Below are positions 1 to 12,500 of a DNA stretch of 64,000 nt, piece after piece. Below the pieces are notes generated by a model. The model did not search any database and was not told the DNA's origin. It saw nothing but the letters and a program-made list of their open reading frames with translations. Each line of letters opens with the position of its first letter. The stretch's first letter is position 1. Made by a program: the position numbers and the translations under genes. Location: positions 3,348,001-3,412,000 of the forward strand of contig OZ361259.1 in assembly GCA_977018835.1 (NCBI GenBank), given 5' to 3'. This stretch comes from Minutocellus sp. GHC0000111 (taxonomy: Eukaryota).

Positions 1-1367
1 TCTCGAGGTCAAAAGCGACTTTGCAAGCATCACTCTCCAGCTTTGTCTTGGCGTAGCGCAGGCGGTCCCTGGTGGAGCGGGCAGCTTTCCGTTGGTTCTG
101 CTGGCGCTCCTTCAGCCTCGTCGGGGTCAGGTGCTTGATCGGAGCTCGGCTGCTGGCGCCGACCTGCTTGGCGCGATTCAGTTGCTTCCTGTTCTCCCGT
201 CGGAGGAAGTTTTTCCTTTCAGTCGAGCACGGACCACACAAAATGCCATCCCGCTCGAATTCACCTAAGGAGACCAGCCCACACGAAGCGTCGCCGAACG
301 ACGGACGGACAAAAATTGACCCAACTCCTTTCTCCTAGCTTAACGCTAGCAAAATGCCGATGGCTGCCCCGCAAAATACGCATTGCTGCCTGACCCTCCT
401 TGGACGCAACAAATCCCTCTCCTTGCATGCTGTGCATTCGCACCAGTGAAGCAGTCAAGTCGGCGGCGGATGGCAGCACCAAGCCAACCTCGTCGTACAG
501 CCGAGGATGTTTATCAGGACTGATAGCAGAAAATGCGGTTGCACAGCCATCACACACGTCCACCGGAGCCTCGGAAGTTGCACCAATAAATATCGAACAG
601 TCCGGGCTCCGCCATGCTCCATCCTTTTGCGTGAAAGAGAAGTATTTGGAACACACTCCACGACCAATGTCTCCAGCTTGCAGCACGCTCAACAACTGAG
701 GATGGCCACCAATACCGGACCGACACGCATCACAGATTTGCACTACGCCAGATCCATCGCCACCGCCAGCACCGGTGGAACCACCACTAATGCCTGTGGT
801 GTCACACGCCGGTGTAATCGGAGCGGCCGCCCCATTGCCAACCTTCGCTTTCTTGGGGGTCTTGTGCGTTCCCAAAGGGACCGACGGATGTTGGTCCGCC
901 TCCAAGAGCCGCTTGACGCTGGCTGCCGACCGAGAGCTTTTGCCACCGAGCACCATCATCAAGGATCGGGACTGATCGATAGTATGGTCTGGAGGCCAGA
1001 AATATTTACCATTGAACTCGTTGATGGCTTCTGCAAAACCGTGTCTCTTTGCAATCTCCGCAGGAACGGGCGTTGTCGGAAAATGGCTCTTGCCGTCTGT
1101 TTCTCCAGCAAAGTATTGAAGCGCGTCAGCAGAGAAATGATGCTTCGCAATCTCGTACCTCTCAACATCAAATTTGAATCCAGATAAAGTGAGATTCTTC
1201 TTCAGAACTGCCTGGTATTTTTTACTCTTGTCACTATCTTTCAATCTGAACTCGAACCCGCCGCTTCTGATGTTGTTGTGAGACTCGTCGATAATGCGAC
1301 GTATCTTGTCGCAATCGTCATGCCTGCACAGGCATTTCCTGGCACCAGCAGGGGTGCCGCTGCTCAT
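1..1367 (-). pseudogene. N-terminal part of a putative transposase (THAP-like and CxxC motifs), frameshifted near 335
   Basis: MSSGTP..KCLCRHDDC...IAKHHF is THAP-like, followed by WRSPDC...CDGC. After a shift near 335-345 the frame continues open to base 1 as ...LCGPCSTERKNFLRR...IKHLTPTRLKER.... Confidence 0.4.
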
Positions 1368-1623
1368 GACCGCGGCAACCAAAGGGCACACGACAGGTGA
1401 TGTGCATCCGCGGTCGATGCTCGCGAAAAGAAGAACCGATGCCGGCCAATAAGTACAATGGAGGGCAAGTTCCGACGCGTGGCGCGTGCGCGCAAAGGAG
1501 GGTTGGAAAATTCGATGTGCGCTCGCGCAAGGCACTTGGGCCAAAATTAACGGATTCCACATTCACCCCAAAAAAAGAGTGCCGAACATGGTGAGCGCAA
1601 AAGCGCGCGCGTGGACCACCCTG
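1..1623 (-). mobile_element. Probable DNA transposon (P-element/THAP9-like), one end only; runs off the left edge
   Basis: Minus strand begins CAGGGTGGTCCAC at 1623, followed by GCGCAA-rich subterminal repeats (1485-1610). It encodes a Cys-rich ORF starting at 1367. The catalytic domain and the other end are outside the window. Confidence 0.4.
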
Positions 1624-1766
1624 TTATTTGTTATTTGCTCTTGATGCCGGCTGCGCGGCAGCATGGCGAAAATGAGCACCCCCCGTTTCTTGAGCTCCCG
1701 AAAATAAGCAAGAAACCCTCATAAGCCGATAGGAACTCCAACGCCTGAGCCACTCATTCAAACCTG

Positions 1767-3557
1767 ATGATAGCCACCACAATGAGGTGCCTTTCGAAGC
1801 GTCCCCTTGCCGCCGCTGCATTCGCTGCTGTAGCATCTGAACCTACGTTAGGGCCCCATGGCCCTTGGCCTCTCGCATCTTGCGTGCAAGCATTTTCTTC
1901 TCCTCCCAGAATAACCAGACTTGCGCGCACGCAACGATGTGTCACAACGTCCACCACTGACGCACGAGACACCGAAGCCCCTAAATTGCCCGACTCGCAT
2001 CGAGTCTTTGTTGGAAATCTATCACCCAATACCTGCAAAGAAGAGCTACTTCGAGATTCGTTTGGTGAATTTGGTCCAGTGGTTGATGTCACTCTCCACG
2101 GTCTTTGGAAACGATCAGTCGACGACGACGATGACGAGGCATCTCAAAAGAAGAGGAGCAAAGTCAAGCCATACGCGTTTGTTACCTTTGCCGACGCCAG
2201 TGCAGCCGCTGGTGCCTTGAGTGTGCGGGGAGAAGATGCCGATACAATGGAGGGTACCGCCGGCTTGCCTCCAATATCAGGATGCGTCGTCAAACCAGCC
2301 ATCAGTAGGAAACCTCGGCCAAAGTCCAACAAGCGCAAGGCTCGAGCTGAGGAGAGGCAGGAGCTTGTGCAGTATCTATCGAAAGAAGCCAATGTGGTAC
2401 TTCAATGTCCGAAAAGTCCCTTGACCAGACTTGTAGATTATATGCAAGCTTTTGACAATAATGTTGAGATGCTGAGCGACCTTGATCCGGGGAGGAGGGC
2501 AGTTACATTACTATTCATCAAGGCCAAAGACCCAGCTGACTTGGCGGATAAGTTATTGTCAGTGCCCTATGCAGCGATTGCAGTTAACAAGTTATACATT
2601 TTGGATGGTGATGTAATAAATGATGGCAAAATCGATGAAGACGTGACACAACTATCATTGAAAAAGCTGGCGAGACTTCGCAAATGCACAGACGAGAATA
2701 TGGTTGTTCGCATCCAGGCATTTCCGCCAAAAATTCGTTCTCAGTTGATTGCTTCTATGGATTCCAAGTGGGATGAAGACGATTTGGCAGGGGTGGATAT
2801 CAACCCAACTGGCTTTACTCATACGCTGTCGGTTGTGCAGATTGATACACCGAAGGAATATGTTTCTGAGGACGCCAAGAACAATGGTGGAATTGTACAC
2901 TTGCTGGGTTTGACTCCTGCACTTCCTACTGATGCAATAACCACTCACGACCGTAGTCGATTCCACGAAAACTTGAATGGAGAAGGTGGCAACAAAGATG
3001 AGTCTGTTTCTAGAGCTTACTATAAGCTACAAGAGGCCTTGACTAGGTATAAAGGCGGTGGATATTCTGTTGCAAATAAATTGACTGGCTCTGTAGCGCT
3101 TGACTGCGGGGCAGCTCCCGGAGGCTGGACTAAATATTTGATCGATGAAATAAAGTGCTCAAAAGTGTTCAGTGTCGATCCTGGTACTCTTGATCCTGCG
3201 GTAGAGGGTCTTGAAGGAGTAGAGCACATGAGGAGCACTATTGAAAACGCCATCCCATTGTTGGCAGAGAAAGGAGCGGCCATCGACCTTTGGGTATCGG
3301 ATATGTGTTTGCACTCAATGTCTGATCAAGTGGATTGGCTATTGAAAGCTCGAAACGCTGGAATATTGAGCCCGACGGCAATGTTTGTCCTTACTCTCAA
3401 GTGCAATATTGGGCACAGTACTTCTGCTTACGACAAACAGGTTGAGAAGGAAGTAGCGAGGCTCGACGGCATTGCATCAGATATCGAGACATTGCATCTC
3501 TTTAGCAATCGAAGTGGCGAGCGTACAATAATTGGTTCTCTAACGAAACGATTGTAG
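1767..3557 (+). CDS. RRM-domain + FtsJ/RrmJ-like RNA 2'-O-methyltransferase
   Basis: RNP motifs VFVGNL and YAFVTF. FtsJ motifs SRAYYKL, LDCGAAPGGWT, VSDM, TLK, and ERT. Single open ORF. Confidence 0.85.
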   Translation: MIATTMRCLSKRPLAAAAFAAVASEPTLGPHGPWPLASCVQAFSSPPRITRLARTQRCVTTSTTDARDTEAPKLPDSHRVFVGNLSPNTCKEELLRDSFGEFGPVVDVTLHGLWKRSVDDDDDEASQKKRSKVKPYAFVTFADASAAAGALSVRGEDADTMEGTAGLPPISGCVVKPAISRKPRPKSNKRKARAEERQELVQYLSKEANVVLQCPKSPLTRLVDYMQAFDNNVEMLSDLDPGRRAVTLLFIKAKDPADLADKLLSVPYAAIAVNKLYILDGDVINDGKIDEDVTQLSLKKLARLRKCTDENMVVRIQAFPPKIRSQLIASMDSKWDEDDLAGVDINPTGFTHTLSVVQIDTPKEYVSEDAKNNGGIVHLLGLTPALPTDAITTHDRSRFHENLNGEGGNKDESVSRAYYKLQEALTRYKGGGYSVANKLTGSVALDCGAAPGGWTKYLIDEIKCSKVFSVDPGTLDPAVEGLEGVEHMRSTIENAIPLLAEKGAAIDLWVSDMCLHSMSDQVDWLLKARNAGILSPTAMFVLTLKCNIGHSTSAYDKQVEKEVARLDGIASDIETLHLFSNRSGERTIIGSLTKRL

Positions 3558-3649
3558 ACCTGTCCAGCTGCTTCATTGCTCATTTCATGGCAGAACATCG
3601 CTTGATAAGTCTAAAATTGTAATTTATGCGTAGAACTACATGTAGGTAG

Positions 3650-4291
3650 CTAAAACGATGCCTTCTTCTGAAATGATGCAACAGCTTCATTCATCTCAAT
3701 ATCTGCCAAGACGAGGGAACAAGCTGCCCCAGGACCAAGGAGTGGGGTCAGACCAAGTGCCTTGACGTATGCCTTTTCGTCCCGATACGCAATATAAATG
3801 ATGACCGCCAAGAACAGCACAATTGTGTCGACAGTCATGAACGCAACGCTTCCATTGGCATCGGTCCACACCCCTTTCCAGAGAGCTGGTAAATCAAATC
3901 CATATTTATTGTAGGCAATGTAAACCAAGACGTACCAAGCAGCAAACGCAACGGGTGCCATGGTCCGGAGCGCAAATGCAGCTCTCTTGGCGGAGTCGAT
4001 ACTAGACTTGTATGTATCGTCTCTAGCGGGGATTGTATCAGCCCAATAAACCAGACCCAGCATGGGAAGGCCTGGTCCTCCCAAGATGCCCGCGCATGTA
4101 GTCCATAGCTGGGAGGAGGTGTTGACCACAAACACTATTATTGTAATGATGGGCCCGGGAGCGTTTAGCGGCACAACCAGACGGGTTCGGAACGTCGAAA
4201 CGCAGCCATTGCCGGCTCCGTAAATGTAGGCTGGCACCCATACCAGCGGGGCCATGACACTGATGCCAAAGAGCTGATACAGCAATCCAAA
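3650..4291 (-). pseudogene. Multi-pass membrane protein, 5' part missing
   Basis: Several hydrophobic helices (GLLYQLFGISVMAPLVWVP...FMTVD...GPGAAC). There is no ATG or splice acceptor at the 5' end; the sequence switches abruptly to an unrelated plus-strand ORF near 4292. Confidence 0.6.
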
Positions 4292-4300
4292 TAACCCTAA

Positions 4301-5754
4301 CCTCAAAACATCGCAGATAGAGGTACGGCCGCCTTCGAAAACTGCTCGGGCAAGATGGCAACTCTTCGAGAGAACAATAGATAGTCACATCTATTTCCAT
4401 TTGCGCTAACCAGTAAGGATGGCAAACGATATACACGCATTCATCCTGTGTCGATGCCACGATTTATTCGATTGGTTTTGGATGAAATGATTTGCTGTCT
4501 CGGAGGGAGACCCGCTACCAACCTCAATCCTATCTATGATTTTCGGGGCTCGACGGTGGAAATGGAGGCGATCACCCTTGCCAGTTTCCCTGTTGACAAA
4601 GAGGCAAGGTTGCTGACGTACGTGTTCATCATACAGGGTATCAATGCAACGATTGCGAGTGGACGCGTCCAAGACGCATCCTATCTCCTTGACCCCATCG
4701 AGCATGGGATACATCCATCCTACGACGACTGCCAAACCCTGAAAAGGTTCTGTTGTAAAAGGTTTGACACGGACTCGTCGATCGGACCAAGTTCTGATTT
4801 ATCGAGAGGACTGCTGGGTTGGTGGGGGTATAACTATGGTTTCACACCCGCCGATGTCGAACACATCCTCTCCAATCCGCCGGCGCTTATGGTCGAGAAA
4901 GCAGATGATCTCAATAGTTTTATCTTTGCGGAGACGAAGAATCTCTTTGGTCCGGTCCTGCAGGAGCCGTTCCGGACGATTTTCAAGTTTGGTCCAGCGA
5001 TGATTCGAGATGAAAAATTGATCCAGTTGCATAACAAGTGGGAGAAACAAGGCTTCGTGGGTTTGGCTCTTATGAATCAGATGACGGTGATTGCCAACCC
5101 CGTTGTCGATTCGAGTAGCAATGTCCGTCGTCCTCCTCGTGTGACATCGCCAATGTTAATCCCCATTGAATTCGATGATTGTATGGAGCCCTCGTCAGAA
5201 CAGTGCCTACTATCGCCAAGGATCAGAGCGATCTGGGCAGAGAGGCAAAAGATAGGATTGTTAGCATCATCAAAGCTGCCAAGATTGCTCTAGGACCAAC
5301 GGACTTGGAGGGAACGAAACCTGCGAAGCTGACCAGACTCATCAAAGCTTGCCCCGACGTCGCGACCCAATCCATAACTGAAACAAGAAAGCAACGAGCA
5401 AAGGTGATCAGTGACCTGGAGAAAGTAATGGAATTCCTCGAGCATAAAAACACCTTCGTGAGGGTCACCAAGGTCACCTCCAAGATGAGGAAGATCCCGA
5501 TGTACACCGAGACCAAGACGGGATCCCCTCCAACTCATCGGACTCCATCTCGCAATGATGATGGATCTCCTGCTTCTGGTCCTTTCAGTGATGCTGCAGC
5601 CGGTACCCCAGCCGCTGCAAAGTCCATCGCCAGTACCCCAGCCGCTGCTGATGGCTCTCCTGCTTCTAGTCCTTCCACTGATGCTGCAGCCGGTACCCCA
5701 GCCGCTGCCGCAATTGGCAACGACGACAATAATGCGGACAATACTGAAAAGTGA
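4301..5754 (+). pseudogene. Unknown protein of the insert (5'-truncated, one internal TAG, frameshift near 5180)
   Basis: The frame PQNIADRG...ENNR*SHLFPF...VSMPRF is continuous with ORF 4448-5293 and overlaps ORF 5179-5754 in another frame. Confidence 0.5.
5560..5709 (+). repeat. In-frame internal duplication, period 90 bp (DGSPAS.P..DAAAGTPAAA x2)
   Basis: GATGG.TCTCCTGCTTCT.GTCCTT.CA.TGATGCTGCAGCCGGTACCCCAGCCGCTGC occurs at 5560 and 5650. Confidence 0.9.
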
Positions 5755-5966
5755 TCCTCGGGATCATCGTCCGAGAACATGAATGCATATTTATATTGAT
5801 AACACTGTACTGTTTGAGCTGCTTGCCCGTCTGCGTAATAAAAGTATGACTGATCGCATGAATATATATTAGAGACCTTCCAACAATAACATTACTAGTA
5901 GTAAGAAATCGGTAACAAGATTTGATGATTTAATGTTGCACTTTACTGTAACCTCTCTCTCTATCT

Positions 5967-6980
5967 CTATCTCCCCCCCCTCTCTCTCTTTCTTTGGCCG
6001 AGTGATTTGTGCCCACTCGGCGGAGGTTTCATCACCACGATCCATAAACATCGCCAAATCGTGATCCATAAGTTTGTCACGCTACAAAGGCTGACCATAG
6101 TCATCGCCACCGACAAGAGATGAGCCATTGTACTCATCGCCACTCTGAAACAAATCACGGAGAAGAATAAACATGGGTGAGGATCGAGAAAACGTCTCGC
6201 TGTGGTCACGGTTCGCGAAGATATCATGCTGATCCGATATTGGTGCGCCGGAGACCCAGAAGTTTCATGCCGATGCTGGGAGTGAATAATGCCGCCAAAC
6301 AATAAATTCGACCTGTGATACTCCATAATTACGCTCCGTAGCGAGGGGTGATCATACCGGCACAAAAAATGCAAGAAAGAGCTGCCGGGAGACATAATGC
6401 GAGGACCAAATGCATCAGACTTGTAATGACAGGAACGAACATAATCCATGAGACAAGGATCCATGAGGTACCGACGATATTTTGTGGAAGATACTAACTC
6501 CTGAGAAGCTGACCAATTGATCTCATCAGACCGACGCTCAACAACAATACCAAACCTCGACGGCATGAAAAAGATTGAAAATATTTCGCATAGTAATTGT
6601 CGTATAAAGAATAGATCCCTACAAACAACCGAAAGTTCCGAATTCTCAAGCATAGTCTTCATCGTTCGTTGACACTCCAGCTGGGAGCTCCATACCGATG
6701 AAAAGGGCAGAGATAGATGCGATGGGACATAGGTGCTCTCCAACCAAGAAAAGAATCTCACGCAGCAAGATTGACGGAGAAGAAAAGATAAGACATCGCC
6801 AACGTCGGGTAAGTCATCGTCGGCCTCTTCACGAACGAAACCCACACACTTGGCCACAATCCGACGCGCCACTTCACGACCGACGTACGAGTCACTGTCG
6901 ATAGCCTCGTCAATATGAATCACGGATGATAAGCAGCGGAACCTCGACAAGTCAGGAACCGACGTGGGCGCATCAGACAT
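5967..6980 (-). pseudogene. Unknown protein of the insert, degenerate 3' end
   Basis: About 335 intronless codons running into the (CT)n tract. No confident family match. Confidence 0.4.
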
Positions 6981-7313
6981 GGCAACAACAACTTGCGCCC
7001 GAAACGAGACACGGATCAAATCAATTAGCGCGAAGCGCCTCGCGCAGCGAGCAATAGATTGAAGAAAAAGAACGCAACCAGCACGAAGTGCACAAGCGCA
7101 GCGACAATAACGTGGAATACAAATCAGTACTCGCAGAGGCCGCCCGGGACATCTGTAAGCATCTATTCACCGGCAACAGATAACAGCAACAATCGTGATA
7201 CTCGTACACGCCTGTACTACAGAACACGGAAGACAGAAGACATCAACACCAGATGGTCCCCCCTGGTGCCGCGCACATTCACCACCACAACCACCCCCCG
7301 CGCGGGGCACCAC

Positions 7314-8467
7314 TCGTCATAATGCTTCAGCCGGAACTTCATGTAGCCCAGATTGCACAACGTGGCCGCTGTGTGGAGCAAATCCAAATTCGAACGCGTC
7401 GATTCCGATCCCATGCAGTCCTCCAATATGTCCTTGGCGGTCTGGAACGACGCCAGCGCCTCGTCCTGCTTCTTCATTTGAAAGTAGACGCATCCAATGT
7501 TGTTGTCGACCAGCGCCACCTTGGGATGATCGGGTCAAAGGGCCTGCACCCGGATGCGCTTGGCTTCCTCGAATATCTCCAGGGCATCGGCCGGACTGTT
7601 TTGGGCAAAGTTTTGGATGCCAATCTCATCGAGTGATTCGGCCACGATGGGATGCTCCGGCCCAAACGCTTGCTTCTTGGCCTCGGCAGCCTCACGAAAG
7701 AGCTCGATTGCCATCTGATCGTTGCCACCCTCCAGCAATCTCACCACTCCCAGATTGTGCAGGGTGATGCCCAGTAGATATTTGTTATCGCCCTTGTTCA
7801 AGTGGCGCTTCTGATCCCTGACCACCTCCTCCAACTGTCCAATGGCCTTGTCGTACTCTCCCGCCCGAATGTGCCGAACTGCCGCCCGTTCCCTTCGGTT
7901 GAGACTTCTGTCGAGATCACCGGGATAGCTGCTCTCGTACAGTTCCAGAGGTACCATCTTGGTCTTGACCCGGATTGCCGCTTGGGATAGGTGGGCGGCA
8001 CCCTCCTCAGCGCTGGCGTCGGCAAACCCAACCCTTTGCGTGTGGGGATGGTTGATGTGCAGCCTGTCGTCTTCGTCGCCGTCGTATGTTCCCTCTTCTA
8101 AATGGCCGATGCTGATTAGGCGTGTGGGGTCGGATGTGGAGAGCTGATTGATGGTCTCCCGAACTCGCTGGGCGGGCGTCTGCTCGGCCTCGACGGAGCC
8201 TAGATTGATGCATTCCACACCGTCCAGCTCGGTGTACAGGCTGTGCGGTTGGGTCACGTCGGCGTCGGATGGGCTGCCGCGTCGGGCGGTGGCACTTGTC
8301 GCGGACTTGAAGGATTTGAGGGCATTGTTGGCATCGCACATGCAATCTCCGAACAATGTGGAGAAGATGGATAGCTTTCTGTTGGTGTTGGCAGCAATGC
8401 CAGATTGCGTTGATCTGGGCAGGTTGGCACCGCTTGGGCTCGCTTCGACTGACGTTGGCGACGACAT
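7314..8467 (-). pseudogene. TPR-repeat (kinesin light chain/nephrocystin-3-like) protein with nonsense codon and 3' truncation
   Basis: TPR motifs TLHNLG, FGPEHPIVAESL, NNIGCV and TLCNLG. In-frame TGA at 7535-7537 in L*PDHP (GGA->TGA). The frame runs into the insert after KHYDE. Confidence 0.85.
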
Positions 8468-9548
8468 GATGTGCCGATGTATGGATCCAAGGAATTCATT
8501 TTCTTTGTGTTTCTCGGAGCTGCTACTTCAAGGTTGGAGTTGTTTATCTGGTCTTTTTGGTGGAACACTGCTCGTAGCAATCAATATCTTTGGGTCTTTT
8601 TTCTTTCGGAGCGAATCAATGGATTTATGTGGGCTGAGTTGGCGAGGGTCTTCTTCTTTCCTTGCATTCGCCTCCCAAGAAGCAAAATCAGCATGCGGCT
8701 TCTGTTTTGACTGCCTTGCTGTGATCGGCCGGAAGCAACTTTCACTTTGATGTGGCCGAAAACAAGTGAGCTGTGTCTGCCACGTCACATAGAAGTTCTT
8801 TATAGTGTTGTGTAAATCATCATCTAAAAGGAGATACTGTGGAAATGTTTCATTAATATGCATTATAAAACAGATGTTTTTGGGACTTTTCATAAATTAT
8901 TTGCATATGTCTGAAAGCCTGCCGTGCTTTCGTGCACTTGTTGGAGGGAGCCCCCAACTCCTCGCCGTCGGCGCCTTTTCCAGACTCAACCGACGGGTCC
9001 ATGACGTTATCTCAAGCGTTAGGCGGCATTGACCATCAACAACGCATCGAAGGCAGTCGAAGAGTAGCCGTATGCTCTTTTGATTAGTGCGTGCATTATC
9101 CAAGTGAAAGCTTATCGTCGTATCTTTCCATCGAACACATCTTGTGCCGGTTTTTGGAAAGTCAGAGAACAAAATTCTGTGGCGGGAGCGCGCGGTACTG
9201 GCTGGTTTCATTCCCACCAACACGACTTGTGCCCCCTGAGGTGCTATCAGACAAATCTCTACATTTTGGAGGAGTGACACATCCACCTTTGATACAAAGC
9301 AGTGAGAGAGGTGCTGGTGGTGGGATTGGAATTGAAATTTTACGTTGCTTTCGAGTCGGCGGCAGCAGAGAGGGTTGGACGACCAGGAGCAGAACAGAGC
9401 ACCGCCTGCCAGCGGCTGCTCCTGTGCAATCTGATCGTCTGATTCCGCCCAAAGACATCACCGACCATCGGTAATCTCCTGTCGAGTCCGATTGGAGCAG
9501 CGAGCTGGTTTTATTTCTTTCCATCAGCAAAGCAAGCAAAAAGTCGTC

Positions 9549-12500
9549 ATGCCCGAGAAGGCCCCGACGATGTACGACGAGGAGGCGAATGTCAGCGCGG
9601 CCAACAACCTGTCGGGCGGATCGTGGGATCCGCAGATCATTGCCGCCGGCGGCACCCCCTCGAAAGTCGGTCCGGGCGGGATGATCGACGTATCGCCTCG
9701 ATCTCGTTCGTATCGAGAGCAGCAGCGGCGCAAGACGTTTGGCAGACGAGGACAGCCGAGCCAGCATCGGCACACCACGTCGGATGCTGCGTCTGGGAAT
9801 GATGTGACTGCCCAGGCTGCCGCCCTCAGTGCCGCCGAGGGGGGACCCGCCGCCCCCTCGGCTCAGGTCGGTGTCGAGGTGACCCCCTCGAAAAGCAAGG
9901 ATTATGGCGATAACGCCGCTTACACCAAGAAGGATGACGACGACGACTCCCTCTTCCGCGCCGCCACCGGCTCGGCCGAGGAGGCCGCGGCCGCCGAACG
10001 GGCGATGCGCGAGCACGAGCTCCGTGCCCAATCCAACCATGTCCTGGCCTGCGTCGACAATGCCTCGGTCATGTTCCGCGAGAAGGTGAACTGCGAATAC
10101 TTTGAAGAGCGGCAGCCGACTCCCCGCGAACAGCGTCCCGGGGCTCTCAACACCAGCGTCGGCAGTGCTGGCAGCAGCAATCGGGGCAGCGCCGGGGGAC
10201 GGGTGGTCACCGTCGGGGGTCAAACCACAACGACCCAATCCAGGACGTTGTCCCCACCCTCGGTGCAGGGTGGGGTGGCCTCTCCCGTCCGGGAGATCAT
10301 CCAGGAATCCGAGCAGATGGCCGATCGGCCCAGTCCCCACTCGGCCCGCAAGAGTCAGGCCTTCTTCTCCCAGTTTGACGTCAGCGATGTCAAGTCCTCG
10401 AGTACCGATGCCGGTGACGAGGAGAATGGTGGCGCTGCTGCTGCTGCTGGCGCTGCTGGCGCCGGTACGGCCGGTAGAGAGTATGAGGACGAAGATATGC
10501 CGGAGGATGAGCTCAACGAGTCGAGGTCGCGCAGTCGGTCCAACTCGGCGGTTGGCACGGCGCGCGACGGTCCGTCGCCCAGCAATGCCGTCCCCCCCCC
10601 CTCCTGCCGCCGATGGCAAGGTTGAGCAGAAGGTGGAAGAGGAGGAAGAGGACATCATCACCAGCATTACCCGTACCATCTCGGAGATGTGCATGAGTCC
10701 CAGTGGTGCCGCCGCAGCTGGTGCTGGTGGGGCTGCTGGAGCCGCCGCCGTTGCAACCTCTGGAGCCAAGGAGGGCAGTGGTGGTGGGGATGGTCAGGAG
10801 GAGGCCGATATGCCCCCCAACGAGGCCGGTCTCGACGTCGACATCTGCACCTACCTCCAGAACATCTGCGGCGTTCCCGCCGTCGGTGGCGACGAGCCAC
10901 CTCCGCCTCCCCCGCCGCCGCCTCCGGCCGATGGGTCGTCGTCTCCCACCCGCAGCCCTGGATCCGGCGTCCGTGCCATTGCCATCGGTGGTGCCGCCGC
11001 CGCCGGTGTGGGTGCCGCAGCAGCTGCCTCTCGGGCGAACGCCAATGACGACGACGAGGAAGGTCTGAGCACGTCCATGAACGGCAAGGCCGCTCAGCTC
11101 GACCTGTCCGGTACTCGAGCAGGAGGAGGAGGTGGCACCGACCAGCAAGAGAACACCGCCATCGAGGTCGAGTACGTCGATCCGGACTACTACTCCTCGG
11201 ACGAGGACGAGGACGAGGACTACGAGTACAACCACCGAGGCGCGGCCGCCGTCGGTGGTGCCGCAGGCGCGGCCGCCGCCGTGGCAGCAGCCAACAAGAG
11301 CAAGTCCAAGAAGGACAAAATGAAGAAGGGCGGACTGGGCAAGGGCCTGAGCAAGATGTTTGGCAAGTCCAAGAGCAAGAAGGTCGGCCCTCACGACGAC
11401 GAGGAGAAGAAGGACGACATCGATCCCGCCAAGATTGCCGCCACGGCCGCTGCCGCCGCGGCGGCTGCGGGTACCGCCGCGGCTCTTGCCGCGCAGGGCG
11501 ACGAGGCCGGTACCCTCACCGACGAGGATGATTCGCAGGGCACCGCCGATCACGTCGGTGGTGCTGATGGGGCAGACGCGGAGGTCGTCCGTGCACCCGA
11601 GGCCGGCCAGGAGCCCTTCGATGAGACTGGCAAGCCCTCTGGATCGGAGGGATGGACGGTCGATGAGAAGAATGCCCACCTCCAGGCCATGGCAAGTAAG
11701 GCCAGGGACGATTACATGTACGGCAAGGGCTCGCCACCTCCGTCGCCCGGACGTGGTGCTGCCGATGCCGATGGTACTCCCGACGACTCGTCAGTACCGG
11801 AGGATGACTACGCCGAGTGGAGGCCCAGCGAGAAGCGTCGGTTCCTGCAGCTGCTCAGCCAGGGCATGTCCCCTCGTGAAGCCGCTCGTGACATCAAGAA
11901 TGCTCGCCGCGGTATCGAGCCAGGTGTCTCCGCCAGTCCCAGCGCTGAGGCTGCTGAGGCCGCTGAGAGCCCGGAGGAAGCCCAGGTTGATGAGGCTGCT
12001 GACGAATCTGTGGTCGTTGATGACAAGGGAGATGATGATAATGATGATGAAGAGCCCGTTGAAGAAGACGGTGATAGCTCTCCCGTGGCCGCCGCGGCTG
12101 TGGCTGCAGGTGCTACCGCTGTCACTGCTGCTGGTGTAGCGGCAATTCTCAACAAGACTGCCGAAGACGAGGAAACGCCCGCCAATATTCTCGGCGAGAC
12201 CGGTGTCGGGTACTACGATGGCGTCGAGAGGGAAGGAGACGATGCAGCCGCTGAAAATATTGTCGATATCTCAGCCTTGCAGTCGCCAAAGTCTCCTCAG
12301 GATGCTGCGTCAGTCAAATCAAACTAGCGAAGCATTCTTCCAGTATCGCTCAAGTCCAAGGGGTTTTCTTCTCTCGACAGTGACATGAATGCTCCCGATG
12401 ATCGAAGCAAGCGCGGCAACATCAAGGCTCTCTTTGCCGGTGGCAAAAACAAGACCACCAGGGATGGTTTTGCGACTCTCGACTCGGACAGTGAGAACGA

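Larger units (their letters stand above)
4292..7316. mobile_element. Unclassified ~3 kb foreign insert with two convergent degenerate ORFs and a GC-rich terminal hairpin
   Basis: Lies between two truncated host genes. ORFs converge on an AT-rich/(CT)n spacer at 5780-5990. Palindrome CCCCGCGCGGGG at 7296-7307. Confidence 0.5.
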
